A stretch of DNA of 64,000 nt from Auanema rhodensis (taxonomy: Eukaryota; Animalia; Nematoda). The translations under genes and the position numbers were made by a program. Positions 38,801 to 52,299 of this stretch are shown piece after piece. Under the pieces are notes generated by a model. The model was not told the DNA's origin and did no database searches. It saw nothing but the letters and a program-made list of their open reading frames with translations. Location of the stretch: positions 1,550,001-1,614,000 of the forward strand of contig OZ059894.1 of NCBI GenBank assembly GCA_964057225.1, read 5' to 3'. The first letter of the stretch is position 1; every line of letters starts with the position of its first letter.

Positions 38801-41800
38801 TCCGCATCGAATGCACTATACTAAATTGATGAACGCTTAATACAAAAATTAGTTATGATCGTTTGAAAAATGATGCATTAGTGTATGTTGAGTTTCCATG
38901 TACACTCAACATTGCTTCCAAAAACATTTTGACAAAAATTTTTTCGAAAAATTTCAAAATATTTTAGCAAAAAGTATATGTTTTTAGATTCCTTTTTTCA
39001 AGGCAAAGACGATGGACAATGTTATTCAACGAAAAAATTAATTCTTCAGGGTGAAAATCGAGGATATAAGTGTGAACTTATATCAGTTGATATCTCGGTG
39101 CATTTTTAAGCTAGCGCAAATCTGATAACACAGATCGACGCAGCTTGAAAATCCGCATCGAATGCACTATACTACTTTGAGAAACGCTTAATACAAAAAT
39201 TAGTTATGATCGTTTGAAAAATGATGCATTAGTGTATGTTGAGTTTCCATGTACACTCAACATTGCTTCCAAAAACATTTTGACAAAAATTTTTTCGAAA
39301 AATTTCAAAATATTTTAGCAAAAAGTATATGTTTTTAGATTCCTTTTTTCAAGGCAAAGACGATGGACAATGTTATTCAACGAAAAAATTAATTCTTCAG
39401 GGTGAAAATCGAGGATATAAGTGTGAACTTATATCAGTTGATATCTCGGTGCATTTTTAAGCTAGCGCAAATCTGATAACACAGATCGACGCAGCTTGAA
39501 AATCCGCATCGAATGCACTATACTAAATTGATGAACGCTTAATACAAAAATTAGTTATGATCGTTTGAAAAATGATGCATTAGTGTATGTTGAGTTTCCA
39601 TGTACACTCAACATTGCTTCCAAAAACATTTTGACAAAAATTTTTTCGAAAAATTTCAAAATATTTTAGCAAAAAGTATATGTTTTTAGATTCCTTTTTT
39701 CAAGGCAAAGACGATGGACAATGTTATTCAACGAAAAAATTAATTCTTCAGGGTGAAAATCGAGGATATAAGTGTGAACTTATATCAGTTGATATCTCGG
39801 TGCATTTTTAAGCTAGCGCAAATCTGATAACACAGATCGACGCAGCTTGAAAATCCGCATCGAATGCACTATACTAAATTGATGAACGCTTAATACAAAA
39901 ATTAGTTATGATCGTTTGAAAAATGATGCATTAGTGTATGTTGAGTTTCCATGTACACTCAACATTGCTTCCAAAAACATTTTGACAAAAATTTTTTCGA
40001 AAAATTTCAAAATATTTTAGCAAAAAGTATATGTTTTTAGATTCCTTTTTTCAAGGCAAAGACGATGGACAATGTTATTCAACGAAAAAATTAATTCTTC
40101 AGGGTGAAAATCGAGGATATAAGTGTGAACTTATATCAGTTGATATCTCGGTGCATTTTTAAGCTAGCGCAAATCTGATAACACAGATCGACGCAGCTTG
40201 AAAATCCGCATCGAATGCACTATACTAAATTGATGAACGCTTAATACAAAAATTAGTTATGATCGTTTGAAAAATGATGCATTAGTGTATGTTGAGTTTC
40301 CATGTACACTCAACATTGCTTCCAAAAACATTTTGACAAAAATTTTTTCGAAAAATTTCAAAATATTTTAGCAAAAAGTATATGTTTTTAGATTCCTTTT
40401 TTCAAGGCAAAGACGATGGACAATGTTATTCAACGAAAAAATTAATTCTTCAGGGTGAAAATCGAGGATATAAGTGTGAACTTATATCAGTTGATATCTC
40501 GGTGCATTTTTAAGCTAGCGCAAATCTGATAACACAGATCGACGCAGCTTGAAAATCCGCATCGAATGCACTATACTACATTGAGGAACGCTTAATACAA
40601 AAATTAGTTATGATCGTTTGAAAAATGATGCATTAGTGTATGTTGAGTTTCCATGTACACTCAACATAGCTTCCAAAAACATTTTGACAAAAATTTTTTC
40701 GAAAAATTTCAGAATAATTTAGCAAAAAGTAGATGTTTTTAGATTTCTTTTTTCAAGGCAAAGACGATGGACAATGTTATTCAACGAAAAAATTAATTCT
40801 TCAGGGTGAAAATCGAGGATATAAGTGTGAACTTATATCAGTTGATATCTCGGTGCATTTTTAAGCTAGCGCAAATCTGATAACACAGATCGACGCAGCT
40901 TGAAAATCCGCATCGAATGCACTATACTACTTTGAGAAACGCTTAATACAAAAATTAGTTATGATCGTTTGAAAAATGATGCATTAGTGTATGTTGAGTT
41001 TCCATGTACACTCAACATAGCTTCCAAAAACATTTTGACAAAAATTTTTTCGAAAAATTTCAGAATAATTTAGCAAAAAGTAGATGTTTTTAGATTTCTT
41101 TTTTCAAGGCAAAGACGATGGACAATGTTATTCAACGAAAAAATTAATTCTTCAGGGTGAAAATCGAGGATATAAGTGTGAACTTATATCAGTTGATATC
41201 TCGGTGCATTTTTAAGCTAGCGCAAATCTGATAACACAGATCGACGCAGCTTGAAAATCCGCATCGAATGCACTATACTACTTTGAGAAACGCTTAATAC
41301 AAAAATTAGTTATGATCGTTTGAAAAATGATGCATTAGTGTATGTTGAGTTTCCATGTACACTCAACATTGCTTCCAAAAACATTTTGACAAAAATTTTT
41401 TCGAAAAATTTCAAAATATTTTAGCAAAAAGTATATGTTTTTAGATTCCTTTTTTCAAGGCAAAGACGATGGACAATGTTATTCAACGAAAAAATTAATT
41501 CTTCAGGGTGAAAATCGAGGATATAAGTGTGAACTTATATCAGTTGATATCTCGGTGCATTTTTAAGCTAGCGCAAATCTGATAACACAGATCGACGCAG
41601 CTTGAAAATCCGCATCGAATGCACTATACTAAATTGATGAACGCTTAATACAAAAATTAGTTATGATCGTTTGAAAAATGATGCATTAGTGTATGTTGAG
41701 TTTCCATGTACACTCAACATTGCTTCCAAAAACATTTTGACAAAAATTTTTTCGAAAAATTTCAAAATATTTTAGCAAAAAGTATATGTTTTTAGATTCC

Positions 41801-42822
41801 TTTTTTCAAGGCAAAGACGATGGACAATGTTATTCAACGAAAAAATTAATTCTTCAGGGTGAAAATCGAGGATATAAGTGTGAACTTATATCAGTTGATA
41901 TCTCGGTGCATTTTTAAGCTAGCGCAAATCTGATAACACAGATCGACGCAGCTTGAAAATCCGCATCGAATGCACTATACTAAATTGATGAACGCTTAAT
42001 ACAAAAATTAGTTATGATCGTTTGAAAAATGATGCATTAGTGTATGTTGAGTTTCCATGTACACTCAACATTGCTTCCAAAAACATTTTGACAAAAATTT
42101 TTTCGAAAAATTTCAAAATATTTTAGCAAAAAGTATATGTTTTTAGATTCCTTTTTTCAAGGCAAAGACGATGGACAATGTTATTCAACGAAAAAATTAA
42201 TTCTTCAGGGTGAAAATCGAGGATATAAGTGTGAACTTATATCAGTTGATATCTCGGTGCATTTTTAAGCTAGCGCAAATCTGATAACACAGATCGACGC
42301 AGCTTGAAAATCCGCATCGAATGCACTATACTAAATTGATGAACGCTTAATACAAAAATTAGTTATGATCGTTTGAAAAATGATGCATTAGTGTATGTTG
42401 AGTTTCCATGTACACTCAACATTGCTTCCAAAAACATTTTGACAAAAATTTTTTCGAAAAATTTCAAAATATTTTAGCAAAAAGTATATGTTTTTAGATT
42501 CCTTTTTTCAAGGCAAAGACGATGGACAATGTTATTCAACGAAAAAATTAATTCTTCAGGGTGAAAATCGAGGATATAAGTGTGAACTTATATCAGTTGA
42601 TATCTCGGTGCATTTTTAAGCTAGCGCAAATCTGATAACACAGATCGACGCAGCTTGAAAATCCGCATCGAATGCACTATACTAAATTGATGAACGCTTA
42701 ATACAAAAATTAGTTATGATCGTTTGAAAAATGATGCATTAGTGTATGTTGAGTTTCCATGTACACTCAACATTGCTTCCAAAAACATTTTGACAAAAAT
42801 TTTTTCGAAAAATTTCAAAATA
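35803..42822. repeat. Highly homogeneous block of CTAAATTGATGAACG monomers with an 11-monomer (3861-bp) super-period
   Basis: The marker is in monomers 103-104, 108-111, 113-115 and 119-122. The GAGG/CATAG-CATAG-TTT trio at monomers 105-107 recurs at 116-118. Confidence 0.8.
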
Positions 42823-45800
42823 TTTCAGCAAAAAGTAGATGTTTTTAGATTTCTTTTTTCAAGGCAAAGACGATGGACAATGTTATTCAACGAAAAAATT
42901 AATTCTTCAGGGTGAAAATCGAGGATATAAGTGTGAACTTATATCAGTTGATATCTCGGTGCATTTTTAAGCTAGCGCAAATCTGATAACACAGATCGAC
43001 GCAGCTTGAAAATCCGCATCGAATGCACTATACTACTTTGAGAAACGCTTAATACAAAAATTAGTTATGATCGTTTGAAAAATGATGCATTAGTGTATGT
43101 TGAGTTTCCATGTACACTCAACATTGCTTCCAAAAACATTTTGACAAAAATTTTTTCGAAAAATTTCAAATTAATTTAGCAGAAAGTATATGTTTTTAGA
43201 TTCCTTTTTTCAAGGCAAAGACGATGGACAATGTTATTCAACGAAAAAATTAATTCTTCAGGGTGAAAATCGAGGATATAAGTGTGAACTTATATCAGTT
43301 GATATCTCGGTGCATTTTTAAGCTAGCGCAAATCTGATAACACAGATCGACGCAGCTTGAAAATCCGCATCTAATGCACTATACTACTTTGAGAAACGCT
43401 TAATACAAAAATTAGTTATGATCGTTTGAAAAATGATGCATTAGTGTATGTTGAGTTTCCATGTACACTCAACATTGCTTCCAAAAACATTTTGACAAAA
43501 ATTTTTTCGAAAAATTTCAAAATAATTTAGCAAAAAGTAGATGTTTTTAGATTCTTTTTTTCAAGGCGAAGACGATCGACAATGTTATTCAACGAAAAAA
43601 TTAATTCTTCAGGGTGAAAATCGAGGATATAAGTGTGAACTTATATCAGTTGATATCTCGGTGCATTTTTAAGCTAGCGCAAATCTGATAACACAGATCG
43701 ACGCAGCTTAAAAATCCGCATCGAATGCACTATACTTCATTGAGGAACGCTTAATACAAAAATTAGTTATGATCGTTTGAAAAATGATGCATTAGTGTAT
43801 GTTGAGTTTCCATGTACACTCAACATAGCTTCCAAAAACATTTTGACAAAAATTTTTTCGAAAAATTTCAAAATAATTTAGCAAAAAGTAGATGTTTTTA
43901 GATTCCTTTTTTCAAGGCAAAGACGATGGACAATGTTATTCAACGAAAAAATTAATTCTTCAGGGTGAAAATCGAGGATATAAGTGTGAACTTATATCAG
44001 TTGATATCTCGGTGCATTTTTAAGCTAGCGCAAATCTGATAACACAGATCGACGCAGCTTGAAAATCCGCATCGAATGCACTATACTACATTGAGGAACG
44101 CTTAATACAAAAATTAGTTATGATCGTTTGAAAAATGATGCATTAGTGTATGTTGAGTTTCCATGTACACTCAACATTGCTTCCAAAAACATTTTGACAA
44201 AAATTTTTTCGAAAAATTTCAGAATAATTTAGCAAAAAGTAGATGTTTTTAGATTCCTTTTTTCAAGGCAAAGACGATGGACAATGTTATTCAACGAAAA
44301 AATTAATTCTTCAGGGTGAAAATCGAGGATATAAGTGTGAACTTATATCAGTTGATATCTCGGTGCATTTTTAAGCTAGCGCAAATCTGATAACACAGAT
44401 CGACGCAGCTTGAAAATCCGCATCGAATGCACTATACTACTTTGAGAAACGCTTAATACAAAAATTAGTTATGATCGTTTGAAAAATGATGCATTAGTGT
44501 ATGTTGAGTTTCCATGTACACTCAACATTGCTTCCAAAAACATTTTGACAAAAATTTTTTCGAAAAATTTCAAATTAATTTAGCAGAAAGTATATGTTTT
44601 TAGATTCCTTTTTTCAAGGCAAAGACGATGGACAATGTTATTCAACGAAAAAATTAATTCTTCAGGGTGAAAATCGAGGATATAAGTGTGAACTTATATC
44701 AGTTGATATCTCGGTGCATTTTTAAGCTAGCGCAAATCTGATAACACAGATCGACGCAGCTTGAAAATCCGCATCGAATGCACTATACTAAATTGATGAA
44801 CGCTTAATACAAAAATTAGTTATGATCGTTTGAAAAATGATGCATTAGTGTATGTTGAGTTTCCATGTACACTCAACATTGCTTCCAAAAACATTTTGAC
44901 AAAAATTTTTTCGAAAAATTTCAAAATATTTCAGCAAAAAGTAGATGTTTTTAGATTTCTTTTTTCAAGGCAAAGACGATGGACAATGTTATTCAACGAA
45001 AAAATTAATTCTTCAGGGTGAAAATCGAGGATATAAGTGTGAACTTATATCAGTTGATATCTCGGTGCATTTTTAAGCTAGCGCAAATCTGATAACACAG
45101 ATCGACGCAGCTTGAAAATCCGCATCGAATGCACTATACTACTTTGAGAAACGCTTAATACAAAAATTAGTTATGATCGTTTGAAAAATGATGCATTAGT
45201 GTATGTTGAGTTTCCATGTACACTCAACATTGCTTCCAAAAACATTTTGACAAAAATTTTTTCGAAAAATTTCAAATTAATTTAGCAGAAAGTATATGTT
45301 TTTAGATTCCTTTTTTCAAGGCAAAGACGATGGACAATGTTATTCAACGAAAAAATTAATTCTTCAGGGTGAAAATCGAGGATATAAGTGTGAACTTATA
45401 TCAGTTGATATCTCGGTGCATTTTTAAGCTAGCGCAAATCTGATAACACAGATCGACGCAGCTTGAAAATCCGCATCGAATGCACTATACTACTTTGAGA
45501 AACGCTTAATACAAAAATCAGTTATGATCGTTTGAAAAATGATGCATTAGTGTATGTTGAGTTTCCATGTACACTCAACATTGCTTCCAAAAACATTTTG
45601 ACAAAAATTTTTTCGAAAAATTTCAAATTAATTTAGCAGAAAGTATATGTTTTTAGATTCCTTTTTTCAAGGCAAAGACGATGGACAATGTTATTCAACG
45701 AAAAAATTAATTCTTCAGGGTGAAAATCGAGGATATAAGTGTGAACTTATATCAGTTGATATCTCGGTGCATTTTTAAGCTAGCGCAAATCTGATAACAC

Positions 45801-47385
45801 AGATCGACGCAGCTTGAAAATCCGCATCTAATGCACTATACTACTTTGAGAAACGCTTAATACAAAAATTAGTTATGATCGTTTGAAAAATGATGCATTA
45901 GTGTATGTTGAGTTTCCATGTACACTCAACATTGCTTCCAAAAACATTTTGACAAAAATTTTTTCGAAAAATTTCAAAATAATTTAGCAAAAAGTAGATG
46001 TTTTTAGATTCTTTTTTTCAAGGCGAAGACGATCGACAATGTTATTCAACGAAAAAATTAATTCTTCAGGGTGAAAATCGAGGATATAAGTGTGAACTTA
46101 TATCAGTTGATATCTCGGTGCATTTTTAAGCTAGCGCAAATCTGATAACACAGATCGACGCAGCTTAAAAATCCGCATCGAATGCACTATACTTCATTGA
46201 GGAACGCTTAATACAAAAATTAGTTATGATCGTTTGAAAAATGATGCATTAGTGTATGTTGAGTTTCCATGTACACTCAACATAGCTTCCAAAAACATTT
46301 TGACAAAAATTTTTTCGAAAAATTTCAAAATAATTTAGCAAAAAGTAGATGTTTTTAGATTCCTTTTTTCAAGGCAAAGACGATGGACAATGTTATTCAA
46401 CGAAAAAATTAATTCTTCAGGGTGAAAATCGAGGATATAAGTGTGAACTTATATCAGTTGATATCTCGGTGCATTTTTAAGCTAGCGCAAATCTGATAAC
46501 ACAGATCGACGCAGCTTGAAAATCCGCATCGAATGCACTATACTACATTGAGGAACGCTTAATACAAAAATTAGTTATGATCGTTTGAAAAATGATGCAT
46601 TAGTGTATGTTGAGTTTCCATGTACACTCAACATTGCTTCCAAAAACATTTTGACAAAAATTTTTTCGAAAAATTTCAGAATAATTTAGCAAAAAGTAGA
46701 TGTTTTTAGATTCCTTTTTTCAAGGCAAAGACGATGGACAATGTTATTCAACGAAAAAATTAATTCTTCAGGGTGAAAATCGAGGATATAAGTGTGAACT
46801 TATATCAGTTGATATCTCGGTGCATTTTTAAGCTAGCGCAAATCTGATAACACAGATCGACGCAGCTTGAAAATCCGCATCGAATGCACTATACTACTTT
46901 GAGAAACGCTTAATACAAAAATTAGTTATGATCGTTTGAAAAATGATGCATTAGTGTATGTTGAGTTTCCATGTACACTCAACATTGCTTCCAAAAACAT
47001 TTTGACAAAAATTTTTTCGAAAAATTTCAAATTAATTTAGCAGAAAGTATATGTTTTTAGATTCCTTTTTTCAAGGCAAAGACGATGGACAATGTTATTC
47101 AACGAAAAAATTAATTCTTCAGGGTGAAAATCGAGGATATAAGTGTGAACTTATATCAGTTGATATCTCGGTGCATTTTTAAGCTAGCGCAAATCTGATA
47201 ACACAGATCGACGCAGCTTGAAAATCCGCATCTAATGCACTATACTACTTTGAGAAACGCTTAATACAAAAATTAGTTATGATCGTTTGAAAAATGATGC
47301 ATTAGTGTATGTTGAGTTTCCATGTACACTCAACATTGCTTCCAAAAACATTTTGACAAGAATTTTTTCGAAAAATTTCAGAATA
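42472..47385. repeat. 6-monomer block duplicated with one extra monomer
   Basis: TTCAG is at 42826 and 44932 (+2106). TCTAATG is at 43372 and 45829, and the GGCGAAGACGATCGAC monomer recurs at +2457. Confidence 0.8.
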
Positions 47386-50300
47386 ATTTAGCAAAAAGTA
47401 GATGTTTTTAGATTTCTTTTTTCAAGGCAAAGACGATGGACAATGTTATTCAACGAAAAAATTAATTCTTCAGGGTGAAAATCGAGGATATAAGTGTGAA
47501 CTTATATCAGTTGATATCTCGGTGCATTTTTAAGCTAGCGCAAATCTGATAACACAGATCGACGCAGCTTGAAAATCCGCATCTAATGCACTATACTACT
47601 TTGGGAAACGCTTAATACAAAAATTAGTTATGATCGTTTGAAAAATGATGCATTAGTGTATGTTGAGTTTCCATGTACACTCAACATTGCTTCCAAAAAC
47701 ATTTTGACAAAAATTTTTTCGAAAAATTTCAGAATAATTTAGCAAAAAGTAGATGTTTTTAGATTCCTTTTTTCAAGGCAAAGACGATGGACAATGTTAT
47801 TCAACGAAAAAATTAATTCTTCAGGGTGAAAATCGAGGATATAAGTGTGAACTTATATCAGTTGATATCTCGGTGCATTTTTAAGCTAGCGCAAATCTGA
47901 TAACACAGATCGACGCAGCTTGAAAATCCGCATCGAATGCACTATACTACTTTGAGAAACGCTTAATACAAAAATTAGTTATGATCGTTTGAAAAATGAT
48001 GCATTAGTGTATGTTGAGTTTCCATGTACACTCAACATTGCTTCCAAAAACATTTTGACAAAAATTTTTTCGAAAAATTTCAGAATAATTTAGCAAAAAG
48101 TAGATGTTTTTAGATTCCTTTTTTCAAGGCAAAGACGATGGACAATGTTATTCAACGAAAAAATTAATTCTTCAGGGTGAAAATCGAGGATATAAGTGTG
48201 AACTTATATCAGTTGATATCTCGGTGCATTTTTAAGCTAGCGCAAATCTGATAACACAGATCGACGCAGCTTGAAAATCCGCATCTAATGCACTATACTA
48301 CTTTGAGAAACGCTTAATACAAAAATTAGTTATGATCGTTTGAAAAATGATGCATTAGTGTATGTTGAGTTTCCATGTACACTTAACATTGCTTCCAAAA
48401 ACATTTTGACAAAAATTTTTTCGAAAAATTTCAAAATATTTTAGCAAAAAGTAGATGTTTTTAGATTTCTTTTTTCAAGGCAAAGACGATGGACAATGTT
48501 ATTCAACGAAAAAATTAATTCTTCAGGGTGAAAATCGAGGATATAAGTGTGAACTTATATCAGTTGATATCTCGGTGCATTTTTAAGCTAGCGCAAATCT
48601 GATAACACAGATCGACGCAGCTTAAAAATCCGCATCGAATGCACTATACTACTTTGAGAAACGCTTAATACAAAAATTAGTTATGATCGTTTGAAAAATG
48701 ATGCATTAGTGTATGTTGAGTTTCCATGTACACTCAACATTGCTTCCAAAAACATTTTGACAAAAATTTTTTCGAAAAATTTCAAAATATTTTAGCAAAA
48801 AGTAGATGTTTTTAGATTCCTTTTTTCAAGGCAAAGACGATGGACAATGTTATTCAACGAAAAAATTAATTCTTCAGGGTGAAAATCGAGGATATAAGTG
48901 TGAACTTATATCAGTTGATATCTCGGTGCATTTTTAAGCTAGCGCAAATCTGATAACACAGATCGACGCAGCTTGAAAATCCGCATCTAATGCACTATAC
49001 TACTTTGAGAAACGCTTAATACAAAAATTAGTTATGATCGTTTGAAAAATGATGCATTAGTGTATGTTGAGTTTCCATGTACACTCAACATTGCTTCCAA
49101 AAACATTTTGACAAAAATTTTTTCGAAAAATTTCAGAATAATTTAGCAAAAAGTAGATGTTTTTAGATTTCTTTTTTCAAGGCAAAGACGATGGACAATG
49201 TTATTCAACGAAAAAATTAATTCTTCAGGGTGAAAATCGAGGATATAAGTGTGAACTTATATCAGTTGATATCTCGGTGCATTTTTAAGCTAGCGCAAAT
49301 CTGATAACACAGATCGACGCAGCTTGAAAATCCGCATCTAATGCACTATACTACTTTGAGAAACGCTTAATACAAAAATTAGTTATGATCGTTTGAAAAA
49401 TGATGCATTAGTGTATGTTGAGTTTCCATGTACACTCAACATTGCTTCCAAAAACATTTTGACAAAAATTTTTTCGAAAAATTTCAGAATAATTTAGCAA
49501 AAAGTAGATGTTTTTAGATTCCTTTTTTCAAGGCAAAGACGATGGACAATGTTATTCAACGAAAAAATTAATTCTTCAGGGTGAAAATCGAGGATATAAG
49601 TGTGAACTTATATCAGTTGATATCTCGGTGCATTTTTAAGCTAGCGCAAATCTGATAACACAGATCGACGCAGCTTAAAAATCCGCATCGAATGCACTAT
49701 ACTACATTGAGAAACGCTTAATACAAAAATTAGTTATGATCGTTTGAAAAATGATGCATTAGTGTATGTTGAGTTTCCATGTACACTCAACATTGCTTCC
49801 AAAAACATTTTGACAAAAATTTTTTCGAAAAATTTCAAATTAATTTAGCAGAAAGTATATGTTTTTAGATTCCTTTTTTCAAGGCAAAGACGATGGACAA
49901 TGTTATTCAACGAAAAAATTAATTCTTCAGGGTGAAAATCGAGGATATAAGTGTGAACTTATATCAGTTGATATCTCGGTGCATTTTTAAGCTAGCGCAA
50001 ATCTGATAACACAGATCGACGCAGCTTAAAAATCCGCATCGAATGCACTATACTACATTGAGAAACGCTTAATACAAAAATTAGTTATGATCGTTTGAAA
50101 AATGATGCATTAGTGTATGTTGAGTTTCCATGTACACTCAACATTGCTTCCAAAAACATTTTGACAAAAATTTTTTCGAAAAATTTCAGAATAATTTAGC
50201 AAAAAGTAGATGTTTTTAGATTCCTTTTTTCAAGGCAAAGACGATGGACAATGTTATTCAACGAAAAAATTAATTCTTCAGGGTGAAAATCGAGGATATA

Positions 50301-52299
50301 AGTGTGAACTTATATCAGTTGATATCTCGGTGCATTTTTAAGCTAGCGCAAATCTGATAACACAGATCGACGCAGCTTAAAAATCCGCATCGAATGCACT
50401 ATACTACATTGAGGAACGCTTAATACAAAAATTAGTTATGATCGTTTGAAAAATGATGCATTAGTGTATGTTGAGTTTCCATGTACACTCAACATTGCTT
50501 CCAAAAACATTTTGACAAAAATTTTTTCGAAAAATTTCAAATTAATTTAGCAGAAAGTATATGTTTTTAGATTCCTTTTTTCAAGGCAAAGACGATGGAC
50601 AATGTTATTCAACGAAAAAATTAATTCTTCAGGGTGAAAATCGAGGATATAAGTGTGAACTTATATCAGTTGATATCTCGGTGCATTTTTAAGCTAGCGC
50701 AAATCTGATAACACAGATCGACGCAGCTTAAAAATCCGCATCGAATGCACTATACTACATTGAGAAACGCTTAATACAAAAATTAGTTATGATCGTTTGA
50801 AAAATGATGCATTAGTGTATGTTGAGTTTCCATGTACACTCAACATTGCTTCCAAAAACATTTTGACAAAAATTTTTTCGAAAAATTTCAGAATAATTTA
50901 GCAAAAAGTAGATGTTTTTAGATTCCTTTTTTCAAGGCAAAGACGATGGACAATGTTATTCAACGAAAAAATTAATTCTTCAGGGTGAAAATCGAGGATA
51001 TAAGTGTGAACTTATATCAGTTGATATCTCGGTGCATTTTTAAGCTAGCGCAAATCTGATAACACAGATCGACGCAGCTTGAAAATCCGCATCGAATGCA
51101 CTATACTACATTGAGGAACGCTTAATACAAAAATTAGTTATGATCGTTTGAAAAATGATGCATTAGTGTATGTTGAGTTTCCATGTACACTCAACATAGC
51201 TTCCAAAAACATTTTGACAAAAATTTTTTCGAAAAATTTCAGAATAATTTAGCAAAAAGTAGATGTTTTTAGATTCCTTTTTTCAAGGCAAAGACGATGG
51301 ACAATGTTATTCAACGAAAAAATTAATTCTTCAGGGTGAAAATCGAGGATATAAGTGTGAACTTATATCAGTTGATATCTCGGTGCATTTTTAAGCTAGC
51401 GCAAATCTGATAACACAGATCGACGCAGCTTGAAAATCCGCATCGAATGCACTATACTACATTGAGGAACGCTTAATACAAAAATTAGTTATGATCGTTT
51501 GAAAAATGATGCATTAGTGTATGTTGAGTTTCCATGTACACTCAACATAGCTTCCAAAAACATTTTGACAAAAATTTTTTCGAAAAATTTCAGAATAATT
51601 TAGCAAAAAGTAGATGTTTTTAGATTCCTTTTTTCAAGGCAAAGACGATGGACAATGTTATTCAACGAAAAAATTAATTCTTCAGGGTGAAAATCGAGGA
51701 TATAAGTGTGAACTTATATCAGTTGATATCTCGGTGCATTTTTAAGCTAGCGCAAATCTGATAACACAGATCGACGCAGCTTGAAAATCCGCATCGAATG
51801 CACTATACTACATTGAGGAACGCTTAATACAAAAATTAGTTATGATCGTTTGAAAAATGATGCATTAGTGTATGTTGAGTTTCCATGTACACTCAACATA
51901 GCTTCCAAAAACATTTTGACAAAAATTTTTTCGAAAAATTTCAGAATAATTTAGCAAAAAGTAGATGTTTTTAGATTTCTTTTTTCAAGGCAAAGACGAT
52001 GGACAATGTTATTCAACGAAAAAATTAATTCTTCAGGGTGAAAATCGAGGATATAAGTGTGAACTTATATCAGTTGATATCTCGGTGCATTTTTAAGCTA
52101 GCGCAAATCTGATAACACAGATCGACGCAGCTTGAAAATCCGCATCGAATGCACTATACTACATTGAGGAACGCTTAATACAAAAATTAGTTATGATCGT
52201 TTGAAAAATGATGCATTAGTGTATGTTGAGTTTCCATGTACACTCAACATTGCTTCCAAAAACATTTTGACAAAAATTTTTTCGAAAAATTTCAAAATA

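Noticed and set aside
42724-42915. 63-aa ORF (MKNDALVYVEF...)
   Set aside because: It has a TTG start and spans a monomer junction. It is open only because TAG>CAG at 42826 removes the stop present in the other ~180 copies, and no protein family is recognisable.
44830-45021. Identical second 63-aa ORF
   Set aside because: It is the same variant (44932), copied by the 6-monomer duplication at +2106.
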